A stretch of 64,000 nt of DNA, taken from a virus. Taxonomy: Duplodnaviria > Caudoviricetes. Made by a program: the position numbers and the translations under genes. The stretch is from the IMG/VR virus record IMGVR_UViG_3300000478_000013, positions 1-64,000 of that record; one strand, written 5' to 3'. Below are positions 1 to 8,978 of this stretch, piece after piece (within the stretch, counting starts at the first letter, position 1; every line of letters begins with the position of its first letter). The notes under the pieces are model-generated. The model had not been told where the DNA came from and did no database searches. It saw nothing but the letters and a program-made list of their open reading frames with translations.

Positions 1-2
1 CA

Positions 3-1274
3 TGGGTCTTTGAGCATAAGGATCGAGAACGTTGGCCCTGTGACGACAATGAAAAAAAAGGAGGGCAGTTGCGCAGGATTTATGGCCAAGAGTACTACCT
101 AACTTTCAAGTCACAGACGAAACAAAACACAATTAGCAAAGACACCGTCAAACTCGGTAACGGAGACGCAGAGGTCCTATGGTATCTTCACAGCGGAGAA
201 GTTCCAGATAATCACGCACAATCTGGTTTTTCTAAGGGATTTGTAGGAATCGTGCACGACAACGAGCTGTACGATACGGATGATCACCACTTCACATGGA
301 ACTCGTGGGGCATCAATCCTACAGAGGTGAAGAAAAGACTCACCCTGATAGTCAGGCCCAAGAAGTCGTTGAGCGAAAACGACTATGGCGCCTTTCCAAA
401 CCTTGGACGTCGTGACCTTAGTTGGAAGACGCCAGAGGGCACTACTATCGAGTTGAAAAAGAAGATGACAGAGTGGGCGGAAGAGTTTCGGCGAGAGGCC
501 ATGCCACCCGAGATTCAGGAAGCTATTCGAGCTGCTAACGTCGACATAATTTCGGCAGACAGCGAAGAGATGGAGAACATAAAGCGCCAGATCGAAAAAG
601 AGATGAAAGCCAGTTTCTCACATGTCATTCGCAAGAAGATTTCGGATGATACTGGTGACACAACTCTTCTTCCCAACGATGAGGCGGTTTCCGGGGGCGG
701 TAGGAGGACTGGACCTAATCCTCCAGATCCTTCTCCGCCAAAGCTTCCGAAGCCAAAGCATAAAAAGGAAAAGGTAATTGGTGAGGAAGATGGGCCCACT
801 CGTGGACGAGCCACAAACAGTAAGGGGTCTCTCCCTAACTGGCGTTGGGAACCCAAAGAGCATGAGGCTTTCGAAGGAAAGTTTGGCGCCTTCTTTGAGA
901 AGCCTTCCAAGGTGTCTCCTGGGTCGGTTGTTCTTAACCGCGATTTCCCATTAATCAATTTATTCTACAAAAAAGCGTTAGCCCGAGTGAATCCTGTTGA
1001 CCACGACCTGGCACAGAAACTCATTTACGATTTTATAGGATTGAATGTAGTTATGAGCGTCCCACAGGCTTACTTTCTCTCTTCTACCCCCGATGGCGGA
1101 TTGACAAAGAGCCAAGTGGAGGATCTGCTTTTGTCTCCTGCTGCTTTGACAATGCAACTCTCTTTTTCTCGCAGCGATGAGGTGTTATTTGACAAGTTGT
1201 TTATTGCTAAGTTTAAGTCCAATTACGTTTCTAAGTTTAAGTCCCTTATGGAGGAGCCTGAGGAAGAGGTATGA
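3..1274 (+). CDS. C-terminal part of a large protein, possibly GHKL/MORC-type ATPase-associated; 5' end lies outside the window
   Basis: Frame is open from position 3 to the stop at 1274. A Pro/Lys-rich linker is followed by 'VVLNRDFPL', resembling the 'v.iN.dHP' motif of GHKL/MORC C-termini. No ATPase motif is visible in the window. Confidence 0.35.
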   Translation, partial: WVFEHKDRERWPCDDNEKKGGQLRRIYGQEYYLTFKSQTKQNTISKDTVKLGNGDAEVLWYLHSGEVPDNHAQSGFSKGFVGIVHDNELYDTDDHHFTWNSWGINPTEVKKRLTLIVRPKKSLSENDYGAFPNLGRRDLSWKTPEGTTIELKKKMTEWAEEFRREAMPPEIQEAIRAANVDIISADSEEMENIKRQIEKEMKASFSHVIRKKISDDTGDTTLLPNDEAVSGGGRRTGPNPPDPSPPKLPKPKHKKEKVIGEEDGPTRGRATNSKGSLPNWRWEPKEHEAFEGKFGAFFEKPSKVSPGSVVLNRDFPLINLFYKKALARVNPVDHDLAQKLIYDFIGLNVVMSVPQAYFLSSTPDGGLTKSQVEDLLLSPAALTMQLSFSRSDEVLFDKLFIAKFKSNYVSKFKSLMEEPEEEV

Positions 1275-1540
1275 CGCTCAAAGCCATCAATAAAAAGAAT
1301 AAGAACTTGGCGAGAGTCATCCAGCTTCCCATTCGACTCAACCACGAAACCACAGATAGGTTGTTCGGGAATAAGGAAGATACCGACGGTCTGCCTAGGT
1401 TCCGTTACGAATGGGACGACAAGAACCGAGCGTCGCCCTGGAGTACTCTGGTCCCCCACATTCACGAGTGGCTGGACGCGGGTGGTGTGGTCACGTACTA
1501 CGCCCGTGAGTGCAGGTTCGCCTTCGACCTGGACGTGTGA
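1271..1540 (+). CDS. hypothetical protein
   Basis: ATGA overlap with the upstream stop; SD-like GAGG. Confidence 0.6.
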   Translation: MTLKAINKKNKNLARVIQLPIRLNHETTDRLFGNKEDTDGLPRFRYEWDDKNRASPWSTLVPHIHEWLDAGGVVTYYARECRFAFDLDV

Positions 1541-1545
1541 CCCCC

Positions 1546-1941
1546 ATGCCCAGAAAAAAGAAACCAAAATTGTCCCTCACGTACGACGGACACAGTTACG
1601 TATTTCTCGAAGTCCAAAAGTATGTCGAAAACAACCGGACCAAGGAAAGACAAACCTTCAACCGGTTGGCGGACCTCTGCCTTGCGGAAGCGGACGGCTG
1701 GCTGGAAAAAAGAGAAGGATCTTCCCTCAGTGGTTTCTACATGCCCCTGTTCCGGTTTCGGGAAATCGAATCAGAAGTCTACGAAATGTACACCGTAGTC
1801 CAGGGGAGGACGCCCCTGAAGCTCGAACCCAACTTCCTCAAGGAGGTCGTGGACAGCTGGCCCGACGCGTCCGACTTCCAGGACGACTATCCCTCCTTCG
1901 CAGAGTTGGACTCTCCAGAAGAAGATGAACCCTGTCCATAA
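1546..1941 (+). CDS. hypothetical protein
   Basis: ATG at 1546 (MPRKKKPK) just after the upstream stop; acidic C-terminus. Confidence 0.6.
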   Translation: MPRKKKPKLSLTYDGHSYVFLEVQKYVENNRTKERQTFNRLADLCLAEADGWLEKREGSSLSGFYMPLFRFREIESEVYEMYTVVQGRTPLKLEPNFLKEVVDSWPDASDFQDDYPSFAELDSPEEDEPCP

Positions 1942-1949
1942 TTTAATGG

Positions 1950-1976
1950 TGGGGCGCTGCCCTATTTTCTATTTTT
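1950..1976 (+). terminator. possible intrinsic terminator
   Basis: TGGGGC-gct-GCCCTA hairpin followed by TTTTCTATTTTT, just after a stop codon. Confidence 0.35.
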
Positions 1977-2035
1977 CCGTCGAGTGGTAGACCCACTACC
2001 CATTTTTAACGTCGGGCGGGTTTAAACGAGGACTT

Positions 2036-2494
2036 ATGACTGACTGTCGTTTTTGTGGAACCCCTGGTGCTTACGACTCCGGCTTTACTGTCGAGTGCTC
2101 CAACCAAGCCTGCAGAGCGTTCAGCCCAAAGCAGGCGTCTTTGGTAATGGCTTCCTTCGAAAGGGAGTCAGACACACTCGAATCAATGTTTAAAGGAGCC
2201 CCCATTTACGAGTGGCCCAAAGGAACTGAGATGAGGCTAGTTTGTATCCGGGGAGAGTGGAAGGTTATACCAAGTTGGGTCGGACAGCCCACACACCTTA
2301 TTGGGCAGTGTGTTATCTTGACTGAAACCTGTGATTTGTACACGTCCCTCCCAAAGGCCCTTCCAAAGGAGACGACTCTGTACGTGGAGCGGCTAACCGA
2401 GGAATCCAAATCTTGTATTTCTATACAATACGGACCCCACTTGTCCAGTAGGTGGGAACACAACGAAAGTAAATTCATAATTGAGCTAAAGTGA
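2036..2494 (+). CDS. hypothetical protein with N-terminal Zn-ribbon
   Basis: GAGGA SD; CRFC...CSNQAC. Confidence 0.6.
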   Translation: MTDCRFCGTPGAYDSGFTVECSNQACRAFSPKQASLVMASFERESDTLESMFKGAPIYEWPKGTEMRLVCIRGEWKVIPSWVGQPTHLIGQCVILTETCDLYTSLPKALPKETTLYVERLTEESKSCISIQYGPHLSSRWEHNESKFIIELK

Positions 2495-2970
2495 ACATTT
2501 TCGTAGTGGAGGAGGATCCTATTCTCTCCGCCCAAGCCTTGTGCGACAAACATGTCGTCAAGATGGTGCTGGAGAGTGCGCAAATCCTCAGCACCGTGTC
2601 CCATAAGTTGGGGAAGCCGGGCCCTTACCGCCCCACCCACAAAAACCACCCCTGCGTCCTTTGGGCAGGAGCCACCTTCGAAAATTGGAAGTGGCTTTAC
2701 TACCATTTGTTTGCTTTGTCACGCGAGTACACGTTTCGGTACGGTAAAGTACACAAGACCGCGGAACACCTCGTCACCCTGAGAGAGATCGGTAGACCAG
2801 AAAAGGGCGAGCTGACTCCTTTCGTACAGGCTATGCCTGACGAACTTCGAGGTGACAACGCAGTGGACGCGTACCGAAGATACTACGTTCGAGACAAGGC
2901 CCGCTTCGCAAGGTGGACCCGAAGAGAGAAGCCCGTGTGGTTTCCGGAGACTGCTCAAGATGACAACTAA
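2491..2970 (+). CDS. pyrimidine-dimer DNA glycosylase (T4 endonuclease V/DenV-like family)
   Basis: MNIF..D/E-DP...A...CDKHVVKMVLESAQILST, THKNHPC.LW, EYT.RYGK.H, QAMPD, AYRRYY. Confidence 0.85.
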   Translation: MNIFVVEEDPILSAQALCDKHVVKMVLESAQILSTVSHKLGKPGPYRPTHKNHPCVLWAGATFENWKWLYYHLFALSREYTFRYGKVHKTAEHLVTLREIGRPEKGELTPFVQAMPDELRGDNAVDAYRRYYVRDKARFARWTRREKPVWFPETAQDDN

Positions 2971-3643
2971 AGAGACATTCTATCTGGACTGCTCCAACCG
3001 TCTAGCTTTCGAATGGTGTCGGGATATCCTTGACGGGGAAGACAAGTTCCTCTGGGGATTTAGCGGAATGATCGCTACAAAAGCGACGCGAGAAGAACTC
3101 GACAAGATAGCAGCGGAATGCAGGTGGAACGTTGAGGTTCTCACCTACCCAGAAATCGAAGAAAACTTTCGTCTCCTTCGATTAAGTAATGACGTCATCT
3201 TTATGGTAAGGCACCAGAACAAGAAAGACTTGTTGGCCGCCTACCCTGAGATTCAAGTCCTTATGCCGTTTCAAGAAAAGGTATTTCTACCCACAAAAGG
3301 CGCAACACCAGAAGAGGTAGAAAAAGCAAAGGCTGAGTCGTACGCCATAAGCAAGAAAGCAGTGGCCGCAGCACTCAAGAAAGACGACCCAGAGACCCCT
3401 AAGATGAGTCCTTCTCCATGGGAAGAATTCTACGATGACGGGATGCTCTGGTTCGTCAATAGGCTCCTTCACTTCTTCAATTGGTCCATCGTATTTGAGG
3501 TCGACGAGAACGATAACGATAGAATCATTAGCGTGTACCCCTCGCGCACCAAGTGGAAGGGCTTTTCGTTTGATGTGGAGCAGGCGGGATACAAGAAAGT
3601 AGAGAACATGCTCAAGCGCATGTTTGAAAACCGAGACGACTGA
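2960..3643 (+). CDS. hypothetical phage protein
   Basis: ATG overlaps the upstream 3' end; C-terminal 'WEEF...GMLWFVNRLLHFFNWSIV' resembles a recurrent phage domain. Confidence 0.6.
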   Translation: MTTKETFYLDCSNRLAFEWCRDILDGEDKFLWGFSGMIATKATREELDKIAAECRWNVEVLTYPEIEENFRLLRLSNDVIFMVRHQNKKDLLAAYPEIQVLMPFQEKVFLPTKGATPEEVEKAKAESYAISKKAVAAALKKDDPETPKMSPSPWEEFYDDGMLWFVNRLLHFFNWSIVFEVDENDNDRIISVYPSRTKWKGFSFDVEQAGYKKVENMLKRMFENRDD

Positions 3644-3655
3644 ACGGGGTCTGCA

Positions 3656-4924
3656 ATGAAGAAGATTCACATTCTTGGAGGTGGAACTCACTTCCACGTT
3701 CGACCGCACCTTTCCCTGTCTGCCCCTGCGGGTGGAAGTACTGCCAGGTTCTTGTACTCCGAGATTAAGGAGGGTGGTCCCTACTTTAACCCAAAGACCA
3801 CGGAGGTAGAGCTTCATCTGACAAAGATGGCAGATCCTAAGTCTAAAATGGACACAAACGAGGACGTGTCGAATCTGGTGGACCAGATTATTGCGGACCC
3901 CGCTTCGAAGATCGTTTTCTTCACTGTGGCCATGTGTGACTTCGAGGGGTACATCCAAGAAGAGGTGGCAATCAACGAGTGGGCGGACACAGAATCGGGG
4001 AAGGACCAGCCTAGGTTGTTATCGAAAGAGGGACACCACCAGATGTCCCTCTACCCCGCGCCAAAAGTCATCAGTCGTATTCGTGAACAACGAAAAGATA
4101 TCTTCCTGGTAGGATTTAAAACCACAGCGGGCGCGACAGAGGACCAGCAGTTTGCGGAGGCACTTACCCTTTGTAAGAAGTCTCATTGCAACCTTGTTTT
4201 GGCCAACGACCTACACACTAGGGTCAACATGATCGTGACTCCGGAGCAGTCTCGTTACTGCGTCACCGGGGACCGAGAGAAGGTTCTTAAGGTTCTGTTG
4301 AACATAACCAGTTTTAGGTCATTGGGTACGTATGCCAGGACTCACGTAGTAGACGGGTCCTTGACTCCATTTGACTCTGAACTTGTTCCTCCTACCCTCC
4401 GCACGGTTGTCGAATTCTGTGTGAAGAAGGGGGCATATCAGCCCTTCAACGACGTTACGGTAGGACACTTCGCAGCTAAGCAGAAGGACGGATCTGTTTT
4501 GTGCTCCATCCGTAAAAGGAATTACAACAAGAAGATAGAGCTGGTACGGCTAGAGTCTGTGGACGACAACGTTGTTGTGGCATATGGGGCCAAGCCTTCT
4601 GCTGGTGCCAGATCTCAATGGATCATGTTCAACGACCACCCTGAAATGGATTGCGTTGTACACTTCCATTGCCCTATGAAGGAGGGGTCGAAGGTCCCAG
4701 TCAGGCAGCAGTGGCTGAATGAATGTGGGAGCCATCAGTGCGGAAAGAACACGTCTGAAGGTTTGGTACCTGTGTCAGAGGATGGAAAAATCAAAGCCGT
4801 ATTCCTTGATAATCACGGACCCAACATCCTGTTTTCTTCCGACGTAGATCCTCAGAGGGTCATCGAGTTCATTGAGGACAACTTTGATTTGAGTAAGACT
4901 ACGAGGGGAGATTCCTATGCCTGA
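3656..4924 (+). CDS. CoaB/DFP-like (phosphopantothenoylcysteine synthetase fold) fused to class II aldolase/adducin-like domain
   Basis: N-half: ILGGGT, VAMCDF, FLVGFKTT, NLVLANDL. C-half: KPSAG, VVHFHCP, LDNHG. Confidence 0.7.
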   Translation: MKKIHILGGGTHFHVRPHLSLSAPAGGSTARFLYSEIKEGGPYFNPKTTEVELHLTKMADPKSKMDTNEDVSNLVDQIIADPASKIVFFTVAMCDFEGYIQEEVAINEWADTESGKDQPRLLSKEGHHQMSLYPAPKVISRIREQRKDIFLVGFKTTAGATEDQQFAEALTLCKKSHCNLVLANDLHTRVNMIVTPEQSRYCVTGDREKVLKVLLNITSFRSLGTYARTHVVDGSLTPFDSELVPPTLRTVVEFCVKKGAYQPFNDVTVGHFAAKQKDGSVLCSIRKRNYNKKIELVRLESVDDNVVVAYGAKPSAGARSQWIMFNDHPEMDCVVHFHCPMKEGSKVPVRQQWLNECGSHQCGKNTSEGLVPVSEDGKIKAVFLDNHGPNILFSSDVDPQRVIEFIEDNFDLSKTTRGDSYA

Positions 4925-5381
4925 CATAGACAGAAGTGACGATGTAGACAATCTTGTTGTAGGAAACTACGAGATCTCTGCATCAGTGAGTGCCACACCT
5001 TTCACAAAGACACGCAACGACAAATTCGAGTTGTCTAGTGGAGACTTCGTTTACCAAATCTCCGTCTTCATCAACTGTCTCGGACCGAAAGATGATTCCG
5101 GCTTTGATGGTGTACTCCGTTCTAAGTTCCACTACTCACTCAAAAGTGCCCGTGAAGAGATGCGGAGTGTGGGGTGGATCACACTCATGGACTGGAACGA
5201 GGAGGAGGACCGCCTTGTTCCTCTAACCGTGGAAGTATCTGGTGTACTAGACAGGGCGGTGGAAAGGTTCCTAGTCGTCTCTGGAAAGAAGAACACCCTT
5301 TCCGTTCCTATCCTTCCCATAGACCCAGAAGGGGACAAGAGAGTGGAAGAGATGGCCAGAAAGGCACAAGGAAAGAACTGA
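4917..5381 (+). CDS. hypothetical protein
   Basis: GGGGAG SD; overlaps the upstream stop. Confidence 0.6.
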   Translation: MPDIDRSDDVDNLVVGNYEISASVSATPFTKTRNDKFELSSGDFVYQISVFINCLGPKDDSGFDGVLRSKFHYSLKSAREEMRSVGWITLMDWNEEEDRLVPLTVEVSGVLDRAVERFLVVSGKKNTLSVPILPIDPEGDKRVEEMARKAQGKN

Positions 5382-5382
5382 C

Positions 5383-5814
5383 ATGCCTCAAGTAAGAGTT
5401 CCCAAAAGTCTTCTCATAGAAGCACTGAAGAAAGAAAGGATAGACAACCTTCAGCCAGGAAACTGGTTCGAGCCGCTCAAAAATGAGAACATACGCGCTA
5501 GAGAATGTATCGTATGCGCTGTTGGTTCCATCTTTCGACGTGCCATATGTCACCCTAAGTCTACAGTAGAGGACTTGGGGTACCTCATCACCAAAACAGT
5601 GGGGGACTGCGACACCTCCTACTTGGGGATGCTCTCTGACAAGGGTATTGCGGGTGCTCTAGAGAGTAGGAACTACTTTATGGCGCTGTCCAACTTTTAT
5701 GAGAAAGAGTACTTGGACATGCCTGCCCCCTCCTTCCAGAAGAAGCAAAAAAGGGGCACGGATTCTGCTGGATCGAATATACGTACAACGAAAAGGCCCA
5801 GATTCTTCTTGTAG
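5383..5814 (+). CDS. hypothetical protein (CxxCAVG motif); 3' end may be chimeric
   Basis: ATG 1 nt after the upstream stop; the last ~28 codons overlap a more protein-like frame. Confidence 0.55.
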   Translation: MPQVRVPKSLLIEALKKERIDNLQPGNWFEPLKNENIRARECIVCAVGSIFRRAICHPKSTVEDLGYLITKTVGDCDTSYLGMLSDKGIAGALESRNYFMALSNFYEKEYLDMPAPSFQKKQKRGTDSAGSNIRTTKRPRFFL

Positions 5815-6215
5815 ACGGATGCATTTGGGCGTGCCCCTATGAATTCAGAGTGTACGAGTTCTCCGACCCTATGAATAAGGGATGGCCCCAAATAAAGCTC
5901 TATCAGACAGGGGATAACGGGGAAGAGGAAGAGACATACGCAGATGCGGGCCATAAGAAGCCAGAAATAGAGAACGAGTCTATTACCTTCTATGAAACTA
6001 GAGAAATAGAAGAGTACGAGGGTGACGACGAAGGCGAAGGCATATCGTTTGTTACAGCAGCCTCTCAGACATACAAATTCTCCTCCAGGGAGGGTCAGAA
6101 GGCTCTCGTTCTGGAGAGTGAATGGGTCGACCCTGCTGAAAAGAAGAGGAGAGAAGAGAACCAAAGGAGGCAAGAAGAGTGGGATAGAAAGTGGAAGGAG
6201 TACAAAAAAAACTGA
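5703..6215 (+). pseudogene. 5'-truncated or frameshifted gene (PEEAKKGHGFCW...VDGCIWACPYEFRVYEFSDP)
   Basis: The frame of ORF 5850..6215 is open back to 5703 and encodes a conserved-looking Cys/Trp motif upstream of its first start codon. Confidence 0.45.
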
Positions 6216-6231
6216 CCCCATCTATCTATAC

Positions 6232-6567
6232 GTGAAAGACCTGTCGACACGCCTTCCATTTAACCCTCCCGAATACTGCGTAGGAACTGGGTTTTGTTAT
6301 GACGGATGGCACCCGACAGAAAAGTTCGATGACAATAGGGTGTGTTTTGACCTACTCCGCGAGAAAGAGCGCAGCGCATCCCTAGAGTGGGGTTGGGCTG
6401 CTGCTCCTATCAAACTTTGTTGTAGACTCCCAGGATCCAAAGAACAGCAGGTGTTCTGGTTCTCGCGGGACGACCTTCAGGGCGTAGAAAACAAGGTAAG
6501 AGAACTTTTCGTTCCCTCTCCTTCTTTGTTGTCCTCCGTAGTGACGAAACTCAAGAGTCTTCTATGA
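6232..6567 (+). CDS. hypothetical protein
   Basis: In-frame GTG at 6232 after the upstream stop; ATGA overlap downstream. Confidence 0.5.
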   Translation: MKDLSTRLPFNPPEYCVGTGFCYDGWHPTEKFDDNRVCFDLLREKERSASLEWGWAAAPIKLCCRLPGSKEQQVFWFSRDDLQGVENKVRELFVPSPSLLSSVVTKLKSLL

Positions 6568-7061
6568 ATAAGTACGACGAGTGGATAGCCTCCTACAAGT
6601 ACAACTCTACTGTAGGTATGTGCGGGAAGGCGACAGAAGAAATGTGTCGAGTTTTCCCTGAGCTTACTAGAGTTCCGGGTCACGTATACACCATGCGAGG
6701 AAGACTAGAACACTGGTGGTGTGTTGCCCCCGATGGATCCATAGTAGACCCTACCTACAGTCAGTTTAAAGGAGGGGTGCTACAATACGAGCTAGTAAGA
6801 GCCGAAGACGAGGTTCGTCTAGGAAAGTGCATGAACTGTGGCGCCGAAGTGTACGGTCCCTTTTCCGTTGGTAGACGGAGTATGTGTCTCCCACTACTCT
6901 ACCTTCAAGCGTTAGACGACTACAGGTACAAATCAAGAGCGTTTCCAGACATAGAGGACCCCAAATCGTGGGGAGGACAACATGAGCGAAGTGAATGTGA
7001 AGAAGAGTTCATTGCTTGGCAAGAGGGCCGTGGTGGCCCCTCTTCTACTTATAACAAGTGA
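6564..7061 (+). CDS. small transglutaminase/papain-like fold protein with Zn-finger
   Basis: GMC...EHWWC...IVDPT.SQF (Cys-His-Asp order), then CMNCG. Confidence 0.5.
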   Translation: MNKYDEWIASYKYNSTVGMCGKATEEMCRVFPELTRVPGHVYTMRGRLEHWWCVAPDGSIVDPTYSQFKGGVLQYELVRAEDEVRLGKCMNCGAEVYGPFSVGRRSMCLPLLYLQALDDYRYKSRAFPDIEDPKSWGGQHERSECEEEFIAWQEGRGGPSSTYNK

Positions 7062-7142
7062 ACCTCTCCGAAAGTATGTGAGAGCACAGCTGGTCGTGGG
7101 AGGAAAGGACGTTTGCGTGACTATCATCCCGAAGGATCTGCG

Positions 7143-7355
7143 ATGACCAAGGAAAATAAACCGAAGTTTCTGCTTAGTATAGAGATGAACGTGGAGCTGT
7201 CTGTGGAGGAACTATGGCCTGATGGAGACGGCCCGGAAAACCCTACTGAAGAGGACGTGGTGGACCTCATAAACGCGGAAGGAGGAGTACCAGAGATACT
7301 AAACGATTGGAACTTATCCGATCTTGTTAAGATTTACGTCAGTAAAGTGAAATAG
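7143..7355 (+). CDS. hypothetical acidic protein
   Basis: AAGGA SD before ATG 7143. Confidence 0.55.
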   Translation: MTKENKPKFLLSIEMNVELSVEELWPDGDGPENPTEEDVVDLINAEGGVPEILNDWNLSDLVKIYVSKVK

Positions 7356-7380
7356 ATTCTTACCTGTAAATTGAGATGGT

Positions 7381-7695
7381 ATGGACTTGATAGCACTCAT
7401 GTGGAGAGAAGAAGGTGGATACGAGAGGTGGCGATGTATAGTCGAAACCTCTCGAATTTGCTTTTCTACTAGTTGGCCTTTCTTTTCTACCGTAAAGAAA
7501 CACCAGGAGTTCATAAGAAAAAGCGAACACTGGGTCTCCGCAGACAATCCAGATGAAATTCTAAGTGAGGATCTTTTCTACAGAGCGGAAGAGCTATCTC
7601 GTATACTAGAGAGTGTAGGGGCGCCACCTGTAGCGAACGACAAGGCAGCGGAAATGCTTCGTGTGCTCTCTATCCCAAAGGGAGGAAGCAAGTGA
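7381..7695 (+). CDS. hypothetical protein
   Basis: ORF tiles with its neighbours. Confidence 0.5.
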   Translation: MDLIALMWREEGGYERWRCIVETSRICFSTSWPFFSTVKKHQEFIRKSEHWVSADNPDEILSEDLFYRAEELSRILESVGAPPVANDKAAEMLRVLSIPKGGSK

Positions 7696-7964
7696 GAGGA
7701 GCAGTGAGTGTGATAACCCCACCTGAGTGGTCTATGTACTTCAATGGAAGTATGCTGAAACCCGGTGTAGATTTCTATATGGAGCAGATCAGCCCCACAC
7801 AGGAGGAAGCACAATCATCGAGGGTGCACGAATACTGGTGTACACACATTACTCTGACGTTTCACGTTTTTCGAGGAGAAAGTCTAATACTATTCCATTC
7901 TTCTGGAGCAAGAATAGTAAGGGCAGAGGAAGACATAAATAAGGGAACGGTAATAAGTGTGTAG
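7692..7964 (+). CDS. hypothetical protein
   Basis: GGAGG SD; GTGA overlap. Confidence 0.55.
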   Translation: MRGAVSVITPPEWSMYFNGSMLKPGVDFYMEQISPTQEEAQSSRVHEYWCTHITLTFHVFRGESLILFHSSGARIVRAEEDINKGTVISV

Positions 7965-8169
7965 TTACTTTTTCTTCTCTAAGGCGTGTGACCTACTTTC
8001 CGTTGGGCTGCCTATCACCAGAGTCGGGTGGCGAGAGGTAGAATTTCTTATGGTACAAGAGGGTCGTGTTCAGAAGTTCAACGGGTCTTCCTATGAGGAC
8101 TACGTACTTACTCAGGACGACCTGGTATCAGTGGTGTGGAGCCAATTCCATGAACAAGTGGTTGCTTAG
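7957..8169 (+). CDS. DUF2829/Tad2-like small protein
   Basis: FSKA.DLL..G..ITRVGW ... YVLTQDDLVSVVW matches the 'F.eAl..l..G.kv.R.GW ... W.psq.D.la.DW' pattern. Confidence 0.55.
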   Translation: MCSYFFFSKACDLLSVGLPITRVGWREVEFLMVQEGRVQKFNGSSYEDYVLTQDDLVSVVWSQFHEQVVA

Positions 8170-8971
8170 TACATTTCTGCTGTGCTTGTCCTGCGGCCAA
8201 GGACCGCCCCCGCAACCCGTTATGACGACAGGCCAAGTTGAGATAGGTCATATTTCGGTGTCTACTCACGAGAGTACGGGTCCTGTGGTCCTTCACTCCA
8301 CCACTACCTGGTTTAGGCTGTGGGGAAAGTACAGAAATAGAGCCTATAATGTACGTAAGGCTGCGCATCACTTAGACGGTACAGTAATACCTGCCTACGG
8401 AACCTTCTCCTTTAATCGCACCGTAGGTCCTAGGGTCAAAACTAGGGGATGGCGTAAGGCTCTTGCTATTGTAGATGGGGAATTACAGGAGTCCTATGGA
8501 GGAGGGGTGTGCCAGGTAGCTAGTACGTTGTTCTCCTCCGCTCTTTACTCTGGATTGGACTTCCCAGAGTACTGGAGCCACTCCAGGTACATGACTTACC
8601 TAGACCCTGGTCTAGACGCTACTGTGTCTGACATGGGAAAGGACCTAAGAATAATGAACACGTTTCCTTTTCCTGTGACTATAAGAGCGTCAACTGTGCA
8701 CGACCTTCTTACAATTAGTATAGAGGCAGAACAAAGACCTTACGAAGTAAGCGTGGTGATGACTGAATCTTCTCGGGAGGATATGGGTACCGTATTTCGT
8801 AGGAATAGGTCCCTCGAACCAGGAGAAAGAAGAGTTGAGGAACAAGGTACGGACAAGGTATTTTTGACTCGTACTGTTAGATACAGGCCCCTTATAAATG
8901 GGGTCCTTGAACATACCTGGACTCTTCCTATAAGATATCGAGGATCACCTCGGGTAATCCACTTCAACTGA
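8150..8971 (+). CDS. VanW-family lipoprotein with C-terminal G5-like segment
   Basis: Signal/lipobox MNKWLLSTFLLCLSC; FSFNRTVGPR, GGGVCQVASTLF, HS.Y..Y..PGLDATV, DL...N. Confidence 0.85.
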   Translation: MNKWLLSTFLLCLSCGQGPPPQPVMTTGQVEIGHISVSTHESTGPVVLHSTTTWFRLWGKYRNRAYNVRKAAHHLDGTVIPAYGTFSFNRTVGPRVKTRGWRKALAIVDGELQESYGGGVCQVASTLFSSALYSGLDFPEYWSHSRYMTYLDPGLDATVSDMGKDLRIMNTFPFPVTIRASTVHDLLTISIEAEQRPYEVSVVMTESSREDMGTVFRRNRSLEPGERRVEEQGTDKVFLTRTVRYRPLINGVLEHTWTLPIRYRGSPRVIHFN

Positions 8972-8978
8972 GTAAGAC

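Noticed and set aside
6022-6231. Long 5' extension of ORF 6022..6567, or a frameshift at the A8 run near 6204-6211
   Set aside because: Overlaps the upstream gene by ~190 nt; the in-frame GTG at 6232 explains the gene without recoding
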